The notes under the pieces were generated by a model. The model was not told the origin of the DNA. It worked only from the letters and a program-made list of their open reading frames with translations, and searched no databases. Made by a program: the position numbers and the translations under genes. 64,000 nucleotides of DNA, from the NCBI GenBank assembly GCA_964437555.1, contig CAYTHI010000002.1, forward strand, positions 7,653 to 71,652, given 5' to 3'. This document shows positions 26,607 to 35,304 of the stretch, piece after piece. The first letter of the stretch is position 1. Each line of letters begins with the position of its first letter. This DNA comes from Candidatus Woesearchaeota archaeon. Lineage in GTDB: Archaea > Nanobdellota > Nanobdellia > Pacearchaeales > GW2011-AR1.

Positions 26607-27305
26607 ATGAAATTAAAAAATAAAACAGTTCTCATCACGGGTGGAAGCACTGGCATAGGAAAAGCAACGGCCGAAGCTTTTATAGAAAAAGAAGCAAAAA
26701 TAATTATTTTCGGTTTGTATAAGCCAGATTATAGCTGTGAATTTCATAAAGTTGATGTAAGCAAAGAGGAAGAAATAAAATCAGCTCTATCTAAAATAAA
26801 ATCGATAGACATTTTAATTAATAATGCAGGAATTGCGATAGAAAAACCATTTGAAGAAACAACGGCAGATATATTAAACAAAACAATTGACGTTAATCTA
26901 AAGGGAGTCTTCTGGGTATGCAGATACTCTTTACCTAAGTTAAGAGAGGGAAGTTGCATAATAAATATAAACTCAATAGCCGGAATAAGGGGATTTCCAG
27001 GAATCTCAATTTATAATGCGACAAAAGCTGGAGTGATTATACTAACAGAAACTCTGGCAAATGAACTCGGAAAAAATAAAATCAGAGTTAATTGTATTGC
27101 TCCGGGAACAATAGAAACTGAAATCTGGGAAAAGATGTACGGAAAAAATTCAAGGCAGATATTAGAAGAATTAAAGGAATCAAAACTACTAAAAAGAAAT
27201 GGAAGGCCAGAGGAAATAGCGCATGCAGCAATATTTTTAAGCGAAAATGAGTTTGTAAATGGAGAAACAATAGTGATTGATGGTGGAGAAACAAAGAAAG
27301 AATGA
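26607..27305 (+). CDS. SDR family oxidoreductase
   Basis: TGGSTGIG, NNAG, YNATK, NCIAPG. Confidence 0.95.
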   Translation: MKLKNKTVLITGGSTGIGKATAEAFIEKEAKIIIFGLYKPDYSCEFHKVDVSKEEEIKSALSKIKSIDILINNAGIAIEKPFEETTADILNKTIDVNLKGVFWVCRYSLPKLREGSCIININSIAGIRGFPGISIYNATKAGVIILTETLANELGKNKIRVNCIAPGTIETEIWEKMYGKNSRQILEELKESKLLKRNGRPEEIAHAAIFLSENEFVNGETIVIDGGETKKE

Positions 27306-27640
27306 CCCCCGACAAAGCTTCATATTCAGATTTTGAAAAACTTGAGCTAAAAGTTGGAAAGATAATGAAAGTTCAGAATCATCCGAACGCAGATAAATTA
27401 TATGTTTTAATTGTAGATTTAGGCGAAGAAGAGGACAGAATAATTGTTGCAGGATTAAGAAAAAATTACGAAAAAGAAGAACTTGAAGGCAAAAAAGCAA
27501 TTTTTGTAGCAAATTTAGAGCCTTCCAAAATCAGAGGCATTGAAAGCAATGGAATGATTCTTGCGGCAAGTGATGAAGAAGGAAATGTTCTTATTTTGTG
27601 TCCTGAAAAAGATATTGATGTCGGCAGCAAAGTTAAGTAA
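27302..27640 (+). CDS. stand-alone MetRS C-terminal/Trbp111-like tRNA-binding OB-fold protein
   Basis: LKVGKI..V..HPNADKL, IVAG, NLEP.KIRGIESNGMILAA. Confidence 0.9.
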   Translation: MTPDKASYSDFEKLELKVGKIMKVQNHPNADKLYVLIVDLGEEEDRIIVAGLRKNYEKEELEGKKAIFVANLEPSKIRGIESNGMILAASDEEGNVLILCPEKDIDVGSKVK

Positions 27641-27641
27641 T

Positions 27642-28196
27642 TTACCTGCTAAACTTAAATACCGCTTTAACCGCATCAACAGGATTTCTAATGAACTTAT
27701 AAGCATCAATTGCTTTATCTTCTTTGGAGATTAGAAATTTACCATCATAAGCAATCACAACACTTCTAGAATTCTCGCCATGTGAAGGTTCAACAAAAGC
27801 ATACTCGCCGATAACCTCCTCCAAGTCTCGTTCAGGCGCAGCAAAAATATATCTTGGCGAATAGTTAATAACTAAAAATTCTTCAAACTCGCGCTTTCCT
27901 AACATAGAAAGCTCTGTTGCTGACGGAGTTGTATGCAAATGAGCCAACACTTTCCATTTTTCTCTCGTTCTGTCAGTGCCAAATCTAATTATTCTGGCAA
28001 CAGTTTCATCAGTCACAACTAATCCCCGATATAAAAGATTATGGGAATATACGCCTCTTTTCTTTAAATTTGTAAGTATTCTTCTACTTATTTCAGAAAT
28101 ATTATCATCGACGAAAGTAAAGTCTCCTAAATCAACAACTCTGCCATTTGGTGCGGAAACGTTAGAAACTCCCTTTAACAAATATGTTTTACTCAT
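27642..28196 (-). CDS. hypothetical protein
   Basis: 184-aa ORF. Confidence 0.6.
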   Translation of the reverse strand: MSKTYLLKGVSNVSAPNGRVVDLGDFTFVDDNISEISRRILTNLKKRGVYSHNLLYRGLVVTDETVARIIRFGTDRTREKWKVLAHLHTTPSATELSMLGKREFEEFLVINYSPRYIFAAPERDLEEVIGEYAFVEPSHGENSRSVVIAYDGKFLISKEDKAIDAYKFIRNPVDAVKAVFKFSR

Positions 28197-28257
28197 GAAA
28201 AACCAAAAAGAATGTTCTTCTTAAACCTTTCATTTTATAAAAAGATAGAAATTACTA

Positions 28258-29007
28258 TCATCCAAGAATTCTTGAGATTAAGCTGGGTGTTTTATACCTT
28301 ATGCCGGAGATATTTGCAGCAATCCTCTTGTAAGCTAAAGATGACCTGCTTCTCGGATGCAAATGCACTATCGCATCTTTTTTTGCAAGAGCAAACTGCA
28401 TATTCGGATCTTCAGGAACAACTCCAAGAACAGGAACTTCAAGGATATCTCTTACATTTTCAACAGACATCTCTGCCTTCGTTCCTCTGACTCTCGTTAC
28501 TATAACTCCTCTGACACGCTTTCCTCTTTGCTCGGCAAATTTTATCGCTTTCAAAGCATCTGTAACTGCCGGAACTTCCGGATTAGTAACAAGAATTATC
28601 TCGTCAGCAGCATCAATGCTTCCTATTGCTTCGTCCCCTAATCCTGCAGCACCATCATAAATGACATAGTCAACAGAAAGTTTCTTTAATTTTTTGCCAA
28701 CCTCTTTTAGCTTGGAATGATTTATTTTCGATAATTCTCTTACAGACAAGGAGCTTGGAATTAATTTTGTTCCTGATTCATGCTCGTAAATTGCATCAGA
28801 AATCCTCGCCTTGCCCTGAAGAACATGATTCAGGCTTACAGGAACAATCGGAGCGCCTAAATGCAGGCCAAGATTAGGAGTGGTTAAATTTGCATCAACT
28901 AAAATTACTTCTTTTCCAAACTGGTTTAAGCATACCCCAATATTTACAGAAGTGGTTGTCTTGCCAACGCCCCCCTTTCCTGAAATAATCGAAATTAATT
29001 TAGCCAT
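28258..29007 (-). CDS. minD: MinD-family ATPase
   Basis: SGKGGVGKTT deviant Walker A, VDANL..PNL, VTNPE.PAVTDA. Confidence 0.9.
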   Translation of the reverse strand: MAKLISIISGKGGVGKTTTSVNIGVCLNQFGKEVILVDANLTTPNLGLHLGAPIVPVSLNHVLQGKARISDAIYEHESGTKLIPSSLSVRELSKINHSKLKEVGKKLKKLSVDYVIYDGAAGLGDEAIGSIDAADEIILVTNPEVPAVTDALKAIKFAEQRGKRVRGVIVTRVRGTKAEMSVENVRDILEVPVLGVVPEDPNMQFALAKKDAIVHLHPRSRSSLAYKRIAANISGIRYKTPSLISRILG

Positions 29008-29029
29008 ATTAAATCAAAGTAAAACAACT

Positions 29030-29452
29030 CTATTTAAGATAACTTATAAACTTTTCTAACGTATCTGAATATTCCTTAAGTTTCTCCAAATTCACATTCA
29101 CAATCTGGTCTTTATACTTAACTTTAAGGTTTACCCCTTTCCTGAATTCATTTTCTCTGGTTTTATCCAGTTTTTCTATATCGCGAAACAGCTCATACAT
29201 CTCAAGAGTCTTGGCAACAATCGGCTCTCCCTTGTAAATGCTTTTCAACTGAATAAGTTTCGCTCTTGGAGCATCAGGAATCTGCTTCCATTGCCTTTTC
29301 TTGACCTTCTCAATAAGTCTGTCCATTGACATTTCAATCATAACCTTCCATCTTAGCAGCAAGTTTATAATAACATCACAGGTTTTCGTGTACTTTAAGC
29401 TTACATATAAAAGATGGTCTGCACTGATTTTTTCCTTTATTATATGATCCAT
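29030..29452 (-). CDS. conserved hypothetical protein
   Basis: Probable start MDHII; ADHLLYVSLKYTKT.DVI pattern. Confidence 0.6.
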   Translation of the reverse strand: MDHIIKEKISADHLLYVSLKYTKTCDVIINLLLRWKVMIEMSMDRLIEKVKKRQWKQIPDAPRAKLIQLKSIYKGEPIVAKTLEMYELFRDIEKLDKTRENEFRKGVNLKVKYKDQIVNVNLEKLKEYSDTLEKFISYLK

Positions 29453-29551
29453 AACCAAGTCGTTACCTCTTAAAAAGCAGAAACACGAAGGCAAAAGAAG
29501 TATTTATACCTTTCTGAATTTTGCACTTATCACTTTTAAGTGATTTCAGAA

Positions 29552-29887
29552 TTAATCTGCCAATTTCATGATTGCTTCCGCAATGTCTTGGGTTTCTTCT
29601 AAAGCATCCCGAGCTTCTTCTTCTGATTTTCCGGTCTTTTCGGCAACCATCTTAACATCTTCATCAGAAAATCCCTCGCTCTTGCTTTCCTCTCTGACTT
29701 CTCCTGAAATCTGAAAGCTTTCATTGCCCTGCATCACAATCTTTTGCACATTAGGATTTTCAATAACAATATTTCCGTCTTCCTTCTCAATTATAACTCT
29801 TTTAGCATTAATTTCTTCCTGCTTGATGCCCAGCTGCTTCATCATTGCCTGCATCTTCTTAGGATCCAATCCTCCCATTCCAAACAT
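29552..29887 (-). CDS. nac: nascent polypeptide-associated complex protein
   Basis: DPKKMQAMMKQLGI, ENP.V.K, UBA-like DIAEAI..L. Confidence 0.93.
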   Translation of the reverse strand: MFGMGGLDPKKMQAMMKQLGIKQEEINAKRVIIEKEDGNIVIENPNVQKIVMQGNESFQISGEVREESKSEGFSDEDVKMVAEKTGKSEEEARDALEETQDIAEAIMKLAD

Positions 29888-29936
29888 ATTTCAGCTGATG
29901 AATAAAAGTATAAATACCTTACTAAATCCTAAGTCT

Positions 29937-30164
29937 CTAGTTGCTCTTCGCAATAAGCGCAGCCTGCGGAGCAATCTTGCTCCCGCATTCAGGACAGAAT
30001 TTTTCCTCTCCGCTTAAGATAATTCCGCATTGAGAACACTTCTTTGGCTCAACTCTTCTCTCTATAACAGGCTTATAGCCTTTCTTCCCAGACAAGATTA
30101 ATCCGAAAGCTTCATGGACTTTCGGGTCATCCATTTTATCTCTTAAATCTAAACAGCTTCCCAT
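29937..30164 (-). CDS. small zinc-ribbon protein
   Basis: CSQCG...KFCPECG. Confidence 0.7.
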   Translation of the reverse strand: MGSCLDLRDKMDDPKVHEAFGLILSGKKGYKPVIERRVEPKKCSQCGIILSGEEKFCPECGSKIAPQAALIAKSN

Positions 30165-30167
30165 TTT

Positions 30168-30335
30168 TTAAACCGACGGCCAAAAGACCTTGAGAGCAAT
30201 TACAAAAGCGATTACAACAACAATAAATACAATTACTGTTCTGGGATTAACCATAAACTTGCTGTTATATTCATCATCATACCTCATCAGCCCGCCAAAA
30301 ACGCCCGGCATATGTATCTTATTATCTCTCTCCAT
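30168..30335 (-). CDS. secG: preprotein translocase subunit Sec61beta
   Basis: Not in ORF track; MERDNKIHMPGVFGGLMRYDDEYNSKFMVNPRTVIVFIVVVIAFVIALKVFWPSV (GLMRY motif plus C-terminal TM). Confidence 0.88.
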   Translation of the reverse strand: MERDNKIHMPGVFGGLMRYDDEYNSKFMVNPRTVIVFIVVVIAFVIALKVFWPSV

Positions 30336-30365
30336 GACTTATTTTAATATCTATTATTTAAAAAT

Positions 30366-30983
30366 CTATTGCTCCAGCTTTCTTAAAAACTTTTTTTTAT
30401 CCCTTCCAAGAACCTCTTTTCCCCATAAGACAAAAATCCTGTTTATTCTGCTCCAATATTTTTTCGGGGCAATTTTCATCAAAGCATATTCAGTTTCAGT
30501 AGGATTTCTGGTTTTAACAAGCCCGAGAACATTTGATAAACGATGAACGTGAGTATCAACTGTAATTCCATCTTTCTTATGAACTTCACTCAAAACCAGA
30601 TTCGCAGTCTTTCTCCCAACTCCCGGAATTTTCACAAGCTCGTCAATTTCATCAGGAATTTTTCCATTGAACTCTTTTAGGATAAACTTGGCAGCAGCAA
30701 TAGCATTTCTCGCTTTTGTTTTATTATAATTCAAGCTTTTAAAAATCCTAAGAACGTCGCTGTATCTTGCCTTGCCCAATTTTTCCAAATTTCCATACTT
30801 TCTAAAAAGCTCTTCAGCAATCGGTATTGTTGTCTCATCTCTGCTTTGCGCGGACATAATTGTTGCGATTAAAGTCTGCCAGTCATAATCCCATCCTTCT
30901 CCTGCAAGCCTTTTCCCGCTTTTGCCATATTTTCTCTCGGCTTTCCTGAAAATCTCAAAAAAATACTCTTTTTTGTTCACCAA
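30366..30983 (-). CDS. nth: endonuclease III-like HhH-GPD glycosylase lacking the C-terminal 4Fe-4S Cys motif
   Basis: LIATIMSAQS.D, L.KIPGVGRKTANLVL, VDTHVHR. Confidence 0.88.
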   Translation of the reverse strand: MVNKKEYFFEIFRKAERKYGKSGKRLAGEGWDYDWQTLIATIMSAQSRDETTIPIAEELFRKYGNLEKLGKARYSDVLRIFKSLNYNKTKARNAIAAAKFILKEFNGKIPDEIDELVKIPGVGRKTANLVLSEVHKKDGITVDTHVHRLSNVLGLVKTRNPTETEYALMKIAPKKYWSRINRIFVLWGKEVLGRDKKKFLRKLEQ

Positions 30984-31106
30984 TCAGAAAGAAAAGCCAG
31001 AAATTTAAAGTATTGCATAAAGTCAGGAAAACCTCAAATGAATAACATTTATATAGGTGTCCAGCCAAATAATATTACATGTTCAGAATGAAAGGAGGTA
31101 AATAAG

Positions 31107-31250
31107 ATGAGTGGTGGTTGGCAAACTTGGCTCGCTTTAATAGGCGGAATTGTTGCTGTGATTGGTGAATTCTGGCCTGGTTATTATCTTGCTGCAATCG
31201 GAGGAATTCTTGCAGTGATAGGCGGCCTTGGAGCATTTTCTGGCAAATAA
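31107..31250 (+). CDS. 47-aa Gly-rich membrane micro-protein
   Basis: Not in ORF track; strong SD GAAAGGAGGT; MSGGWQTWLALIGGIVAVIGEFWPGYYLAAIGGILAVIGGLGAFSGK. Confidence 0.75.
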   Translation: MSGGWQTWLALIGGIVAVIGEFWPGYYLAAIGGILAVIGGLGAFSGK

Positions 31251-31324
31251 AGCCAAATAAATTTTTTATTTTTTTTATTTAATCAATATACTTATAGATG
31301 TTTACTGAAAGGAGGTACGAAAAC

Positions 31325-31675
31325 ATGAACAATTTACAAAGATCATGGGCGATGATTATAGGAATAATCCTTATTGTAGTGGGTATTTGGGGATTCTTCC
31401 AACAGCCAGTACTGAGTCTATTTGGAGTAAACCCTGCGCATAACATAGTTCATATAGTTACAGGGCTCATTTTTGCATGGGCAGGATTCTCAAAAGGAAC
31501 TTCAGCTATGCCTGTCAATAAATGGCTGGGAGTCATTTACATCTTCGTAGGAATAATAGGTTTTGCAGGACTTCTGACTTTCTTGGAAGTTCAGGCAGGA
31601 GCTGGAGACTTGGACAACTGGTTGCATTTGATTATCGGCCTTGTGTCTGCGGCGATAGGCTGGTTTGCCAAGTAA
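31325..31675 (+). CDS. DUF4383-like membrane protein
   Basis: SD GAAAGGAGGT before ATG 31325; FGVN..HN.VH..TG and DNWLHL..G motifs. Confidence 0.75.
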   Translation: MNNLQRSWAMIIGIILIVVGIWGFFQQPVLSLFGVNPAHNIVHIVTGLIFAWAGFSKGTSAMPVNKWLGVIYIFVGIIGFAGLLTFLEVQAGAGDLDNWLHLIIGLVSAAIGWFAK

Positions 31676-31759
31676 AAGCAAAAATATTATTTTTATTTTT
31701 TTATTGATTACAAAGAGCACAAACACTAAATTTAAAATGCCCTCATTCTTAAAAAACTG

Positions 31760-34090
31760 ATGGGTGAAGAGAATAAGCAGATAGATAAAAAATGGAGAAA
31801 CTATTGGGAAAAAGAAAGAGTATATTCCTTCAAGCCTGATTCTAAAAAGAAAATTTATTCTATAGATACGCCCCCTCCGACTGTTTCCGGAGAAATGCAC
31901 ATGGGTCATGCCTTTATGTATTCCCAGATGGATTTCATAGCCAGATACAAACGAATGCAGGGCTTTAACGTCTTCTATCCTTTCGGAACAGACGACAATG
32001 GCCTCCCAACAGAAAAGCTTATAGAAAAAACAAACAACGTAAAAAGCAAATCAATGCCAAGAGAAGAATTTATCAAATTATGCCTGAAAACCCTAAAGCA
32101 AATGCTCCCAAAATTCACAGATGACTGGAAAAATATTGGCATTTCATCTGATTTTACAAAAATCTATTCAACAATTGACAATAGTTCAAGAAAAATATCT
32201 CAAAAATCTTTCATTGAATTATACAATAAAGGGCATATTTACAAAAAAGAATTTCCGACAATATGGGATACTCAATTCCAAACACCTGTAGCTCAGGCAG
32301 AATTAGAAGATAAAGAAAAAGAATCTTTCTTTACAACGATAAAATTCCAATGCGGGGAAAAAATCCTTCCTATTGCAACTACACGTCCGGAACTCTTGGG
32401 AGCATGCCTTGCAGTTTTTGTAAACCCAAAAGACAAAAGATATTCAAACCTTATAGGAAAAAAAGCTAAAATCCCATTGTTCAACAATAAAGTCCCCATA
32501 ATAGCTGATGATTCAGCAGACATGAAGAAAGGCACAGGATTATTGATGGTATGCTCTTACGGAGACAAGTATGATATACAGGCTGTAAAAAAGCATAAAT
32601 TAAATCCAAGAATAATAATAAGCAAAGGCGGAACAATTAACATAGCGCCTTACGCAGGATTGACAATAGCAGAAGCAAGGAAAAGAACTTTAGAAGACCT
32701 AAAGAAAAACGATTTAATAATAAACCAGGAAAAAATAAAACACACAGTCAATGTTTATGAAAAATCAGGGGCAGAAATAGAATTTATACCGACAGAGCAA
32801 TGGTTCATAAAAATCCTTGACAAGCAGAAAAAGCTGATACTATTAGGAAAAAAAATAAAATGGATTCCTGAATACATGTTCAAAAGATATGAAAATTGGA
32901 TTCTTGGATTAGAGTGGGACTGGTCAATTTCAAGGGAAAGGCATTTCGGAGTTCCTATCCCTTTATGGTATTGCAAAACCTGTAATAACATAATTCTTGC
33001 CAAAGAGTCAGAGCTTCCTGTAGATCCTGTGGAAAAAGAAAAAAGATGCGACAAATGCAAATCATTAGCGGAGCCTGAAACAAAAGTTCTTGACACATGG
33101 GCAACATCTTCTCTTTCCCCAAAAATAGCTTCAGAATTATTTGGAGGAGAAATAAAAACTCCTTACTCTTTAAGGTCGCAGGGACATGACATAATTAGAA
33201 CATGGGCATTCTACACAATAGTCAAATCCTATCTTCACGAAAACAAGATCCCCTGGAATGACATCATAATTACAGGGAACGTAAAATTAAAGGGAGAAAA
33301 AATGTCAAAATCAAAAGGAAATGTCATGCGCCCTCAGGAAGTATTGGAAAAGCACGGAGCAGATGCAATAAGATACTGGGCGGCCTCTTCAACATTAGGA
33401 GAGGATTTTGAATATCACGAAAAAGATGTGATTACAGGAAATAAATTCTCTACAAAAATGCTCAATGCTGCTAATTTCGTGTTTATGAATTTAGAGCATC
33501 AGAATAAAACTCCAAAAATCCTGGAATTAGACAGAATTTTCCTTTCTCAATTGAATAGCCTTATAGCAATATCCACAGAATCTTTTGAGAATTATAATTA
33601 TGCGTGCTCAAAATTAGAAACAGACAAATTCTTCTGGCATTCATTTGCAGACAATTATCTGGAGATAGTTAAAAATCGTGTTTACAACGGAACAAAAGAA
33701 GAAAAATCTTCCGCCTTCTATACTCTTTACAATGCGCTCTTAACCATACTAAAGTTAACTGCTCCTATAACTCCATTCATAACAGAGGAAATATACCAGC
33801 AGCATTTTAAAAAATATGAAAAAGAAAAATCAATACATCTTACAAATTGGCCTGAAAAAATCAGAATAAAGGAATCAAAAGATGATGATAAAAAATGGGC
33901 AAGAATTACTGAGATAATAGCATCTGTAAGGCAGGCAAAATCAAATGCAAAGAAATCAATGAAAGCACAGGTTATTTTAGCGTTACCAAAAGAAGACATA
34001 AACTTCCTGGAAGATGTTTTGGATGACATAAAAGCAGTTACCTGCTCAAAAGAAATCAACGAAGGTATGTTTAATATAGAAATTCTCTAG
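31760..34090 (+). CDS. valS: valyl-tRNA synthetase (archaeal type)
   Basis: IDTPPPTVSG.MHMGH, DWSISRER.FG, QGHDIIRTW, KMSKS. Confidence 0.96.
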   Translation: MGEENKQIDKKWRNYWEKERVYSFKPDSKKKIYSIDTPPPTVSGEMHMGHAFMYSQMDFIARYKRMQGFNVFYPFGTDDNGLPTEKLIEKTNNVKSKSMPREEFIKLCLKTLKQMLPKFTDDWKNIGISSDFTKIYSTIDNSSRKISQKSFIELYNKGHIYKKEFPTIWDTQFQTPVAQAELEDKEKESFFTTIKFQCGEKILPIATTRPELLGACLAVFVNPKDKRYSNLIGKKAKIPLFNNKVPIIADDSADMKKGTGLLMVCSYGDKYDIQAVKKHKLNPRIIISKGGTINIAPYAGLTIAEARKRTLEDLKKNDLIINQEKIKHTVNVYEKSGAEIEFIPTEQWFIKILDKQKKLILLGKKIKWIPEYMFKRYENWILGLEWDWSISRERHFGVPIPLWYCKTCNNIILAKESELPVDPVEKEKRCDKCKSLAEPETKVLDTWATSSLSPKIASELFGGEIKTPYSLRSQGHDIIRTWAFYTIVKSYLHENKIPWNDIIITGNVKLKGEKMSKSKGNVMRPQEVLEKHGADAIRYWAASSTLGEDFEYHEKDVITGNKFSTKMLNAANFVFMNLEHQNKTPKILELDRIFLSQLNSLIAISTESFENYNYACSKLETDKFFWHSFADNYLEIVKNRVYNGTKEEKSSAFYTLYNALLTILKLTAPITPFITEEIYQQHFKKYEKEKSIHLTNWPEKIRIKESKDDDKKWARITEIIASVRQAKSNAKKSMKAQVILALPKEDINFLEDVLDDIKAVTCSKEINEGMFNIEIL

Positions 34091-34135
34091 CTTAAATCAG
34101 CAAATCTTTATTAACTCCTCTAATTTCTCATAAAA

Positions 34136-35236
34136 ATGGAGATAACTGAGAAGCAAAAATCAGAGCTTGAAGAAAAAATAAAAGACTTAGAATCAAGAAA
34201 AGGCAGGCACACCCAATTAGTAACTGTCATGATACCTGCAGGATTCAATGTGAGCCAGGTAGTGAGGCAGTTGGAAGCTGAAAAATCAACTGCTGCAAAC
34301 ATAAAGTCAAAGCAGACAAGAACAGCAGTCTCTGACGCATTGGAAAGAATTATCAGGGAATTAAAAAGTTTCAGGCAGACCCCTCCAAACGGCCTGGCGT
34401 TATTTTCAGGAAATATTGCAGAACAGGAAGGAGTTCAGGACATTAAGCTTTGGGTAATTGAACCTCCAAGGCCATTAAACATTAGAATGTATAGATGCGA
34501 CCAAACTTTTGTTACGACACCTTTAAGAGAGATGCTTGAAACACAGGAAGTATATGCTTTGCTTGTAATAGACAGGCAGGAAGCAACAATGGGGTTATTA
34601 GAAGGAAAAAAAATAAAAGTTCTTAGCAAAATGACATCTGGAGTTCCTGGAAAAGTAAGGGCCGGGGGACAAAGCGCAGCCCGCTTTCATAGAGTAACAG
34701 AAGGCCTTACAAAAGAATTCTTCAGGCGTGTTTCTGCAGAGATGAAAAAACTCTTCTTTGACCTGCCGAAGCTAAAGGGAGTGCTAATCGGAGGTCCTAT
34801 TCCCACAAAAGAGGAATTTCTGGAAGAAGGAGAATTAGTTACAAAGCTAAAAGAGTTAGTTATAGCTGTAAAAGATATAGGTTATGTTGATGAGCACGGC
34901 CTTGAGCTATTAGTAGAATCATCGCAGGAAGATATACAGGAGCAAGAATTAGTAAAAGAGAAAAAAGCGGTTGAAAAATTCTTTGAAACTCTTGGAAAGA
35001 ATCCTGAAAAAGCTACTTATGGTGAAAAAAAAGTCTCTTTGGCTTTGGAAAGAGGCGCAGTTGAAAAACTTCTGATTTCAAAAAGCATGAGCAAGGAAAA
35101 AACAAAGGCATTTGAAGAAAAAGCCATTAATATAGGTGCAGAAATAACAATAATCTCCCTTGAGACCATTGAAGGAGAGCAGTTTGATAACTTAACAGGC
35201 GGTGTAGGAGCCATATTAAGATTCGCCTTTCAGTAA
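34136..35236 (+). CDS. prf1: peptide chain release factor aRF1
   Basis: NIKS, Y.CD..F and GGQS motifs. Confidence 0.96.
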   Translation: MEITEKQKSELEEKIKDLESRKGRHTQLVTVMIPAGFNVSQVVRQLEAEKSTAANIKSKQTRTAVSDALERIIRELKSFRQTPPNGLALFSGNIAEQEGVQDIKLWVIEPPRPLNIRMYRCDQTFVTTPLREMLETQEVYALLVIDRQEATMGLLEGKKIKVLSKMTSGVPGKVRAGGQSAARFHRVTEGLTKEFFRRVSAEMKKLFFDLPKLKGVLIGGPIPTKEEFLEEGELVTKLKELVIAVKDIGYVDEHGLELLVESSQEDIQEQELVKEKKAVEKFFETLGKNPEKATYGEKKVSLALERGAVEKLLISKSMSKEKTKAFEEKAINIGAEITIISLETIEGEQFDNLTGGVGAILRFAFQ

Positions 35237-35304
35237 TAATCAAAAAGTATAATAATTTTCTTACCACAATAAACCATATAAATAACCCCTAGCCTTTACT
35301 TCCA

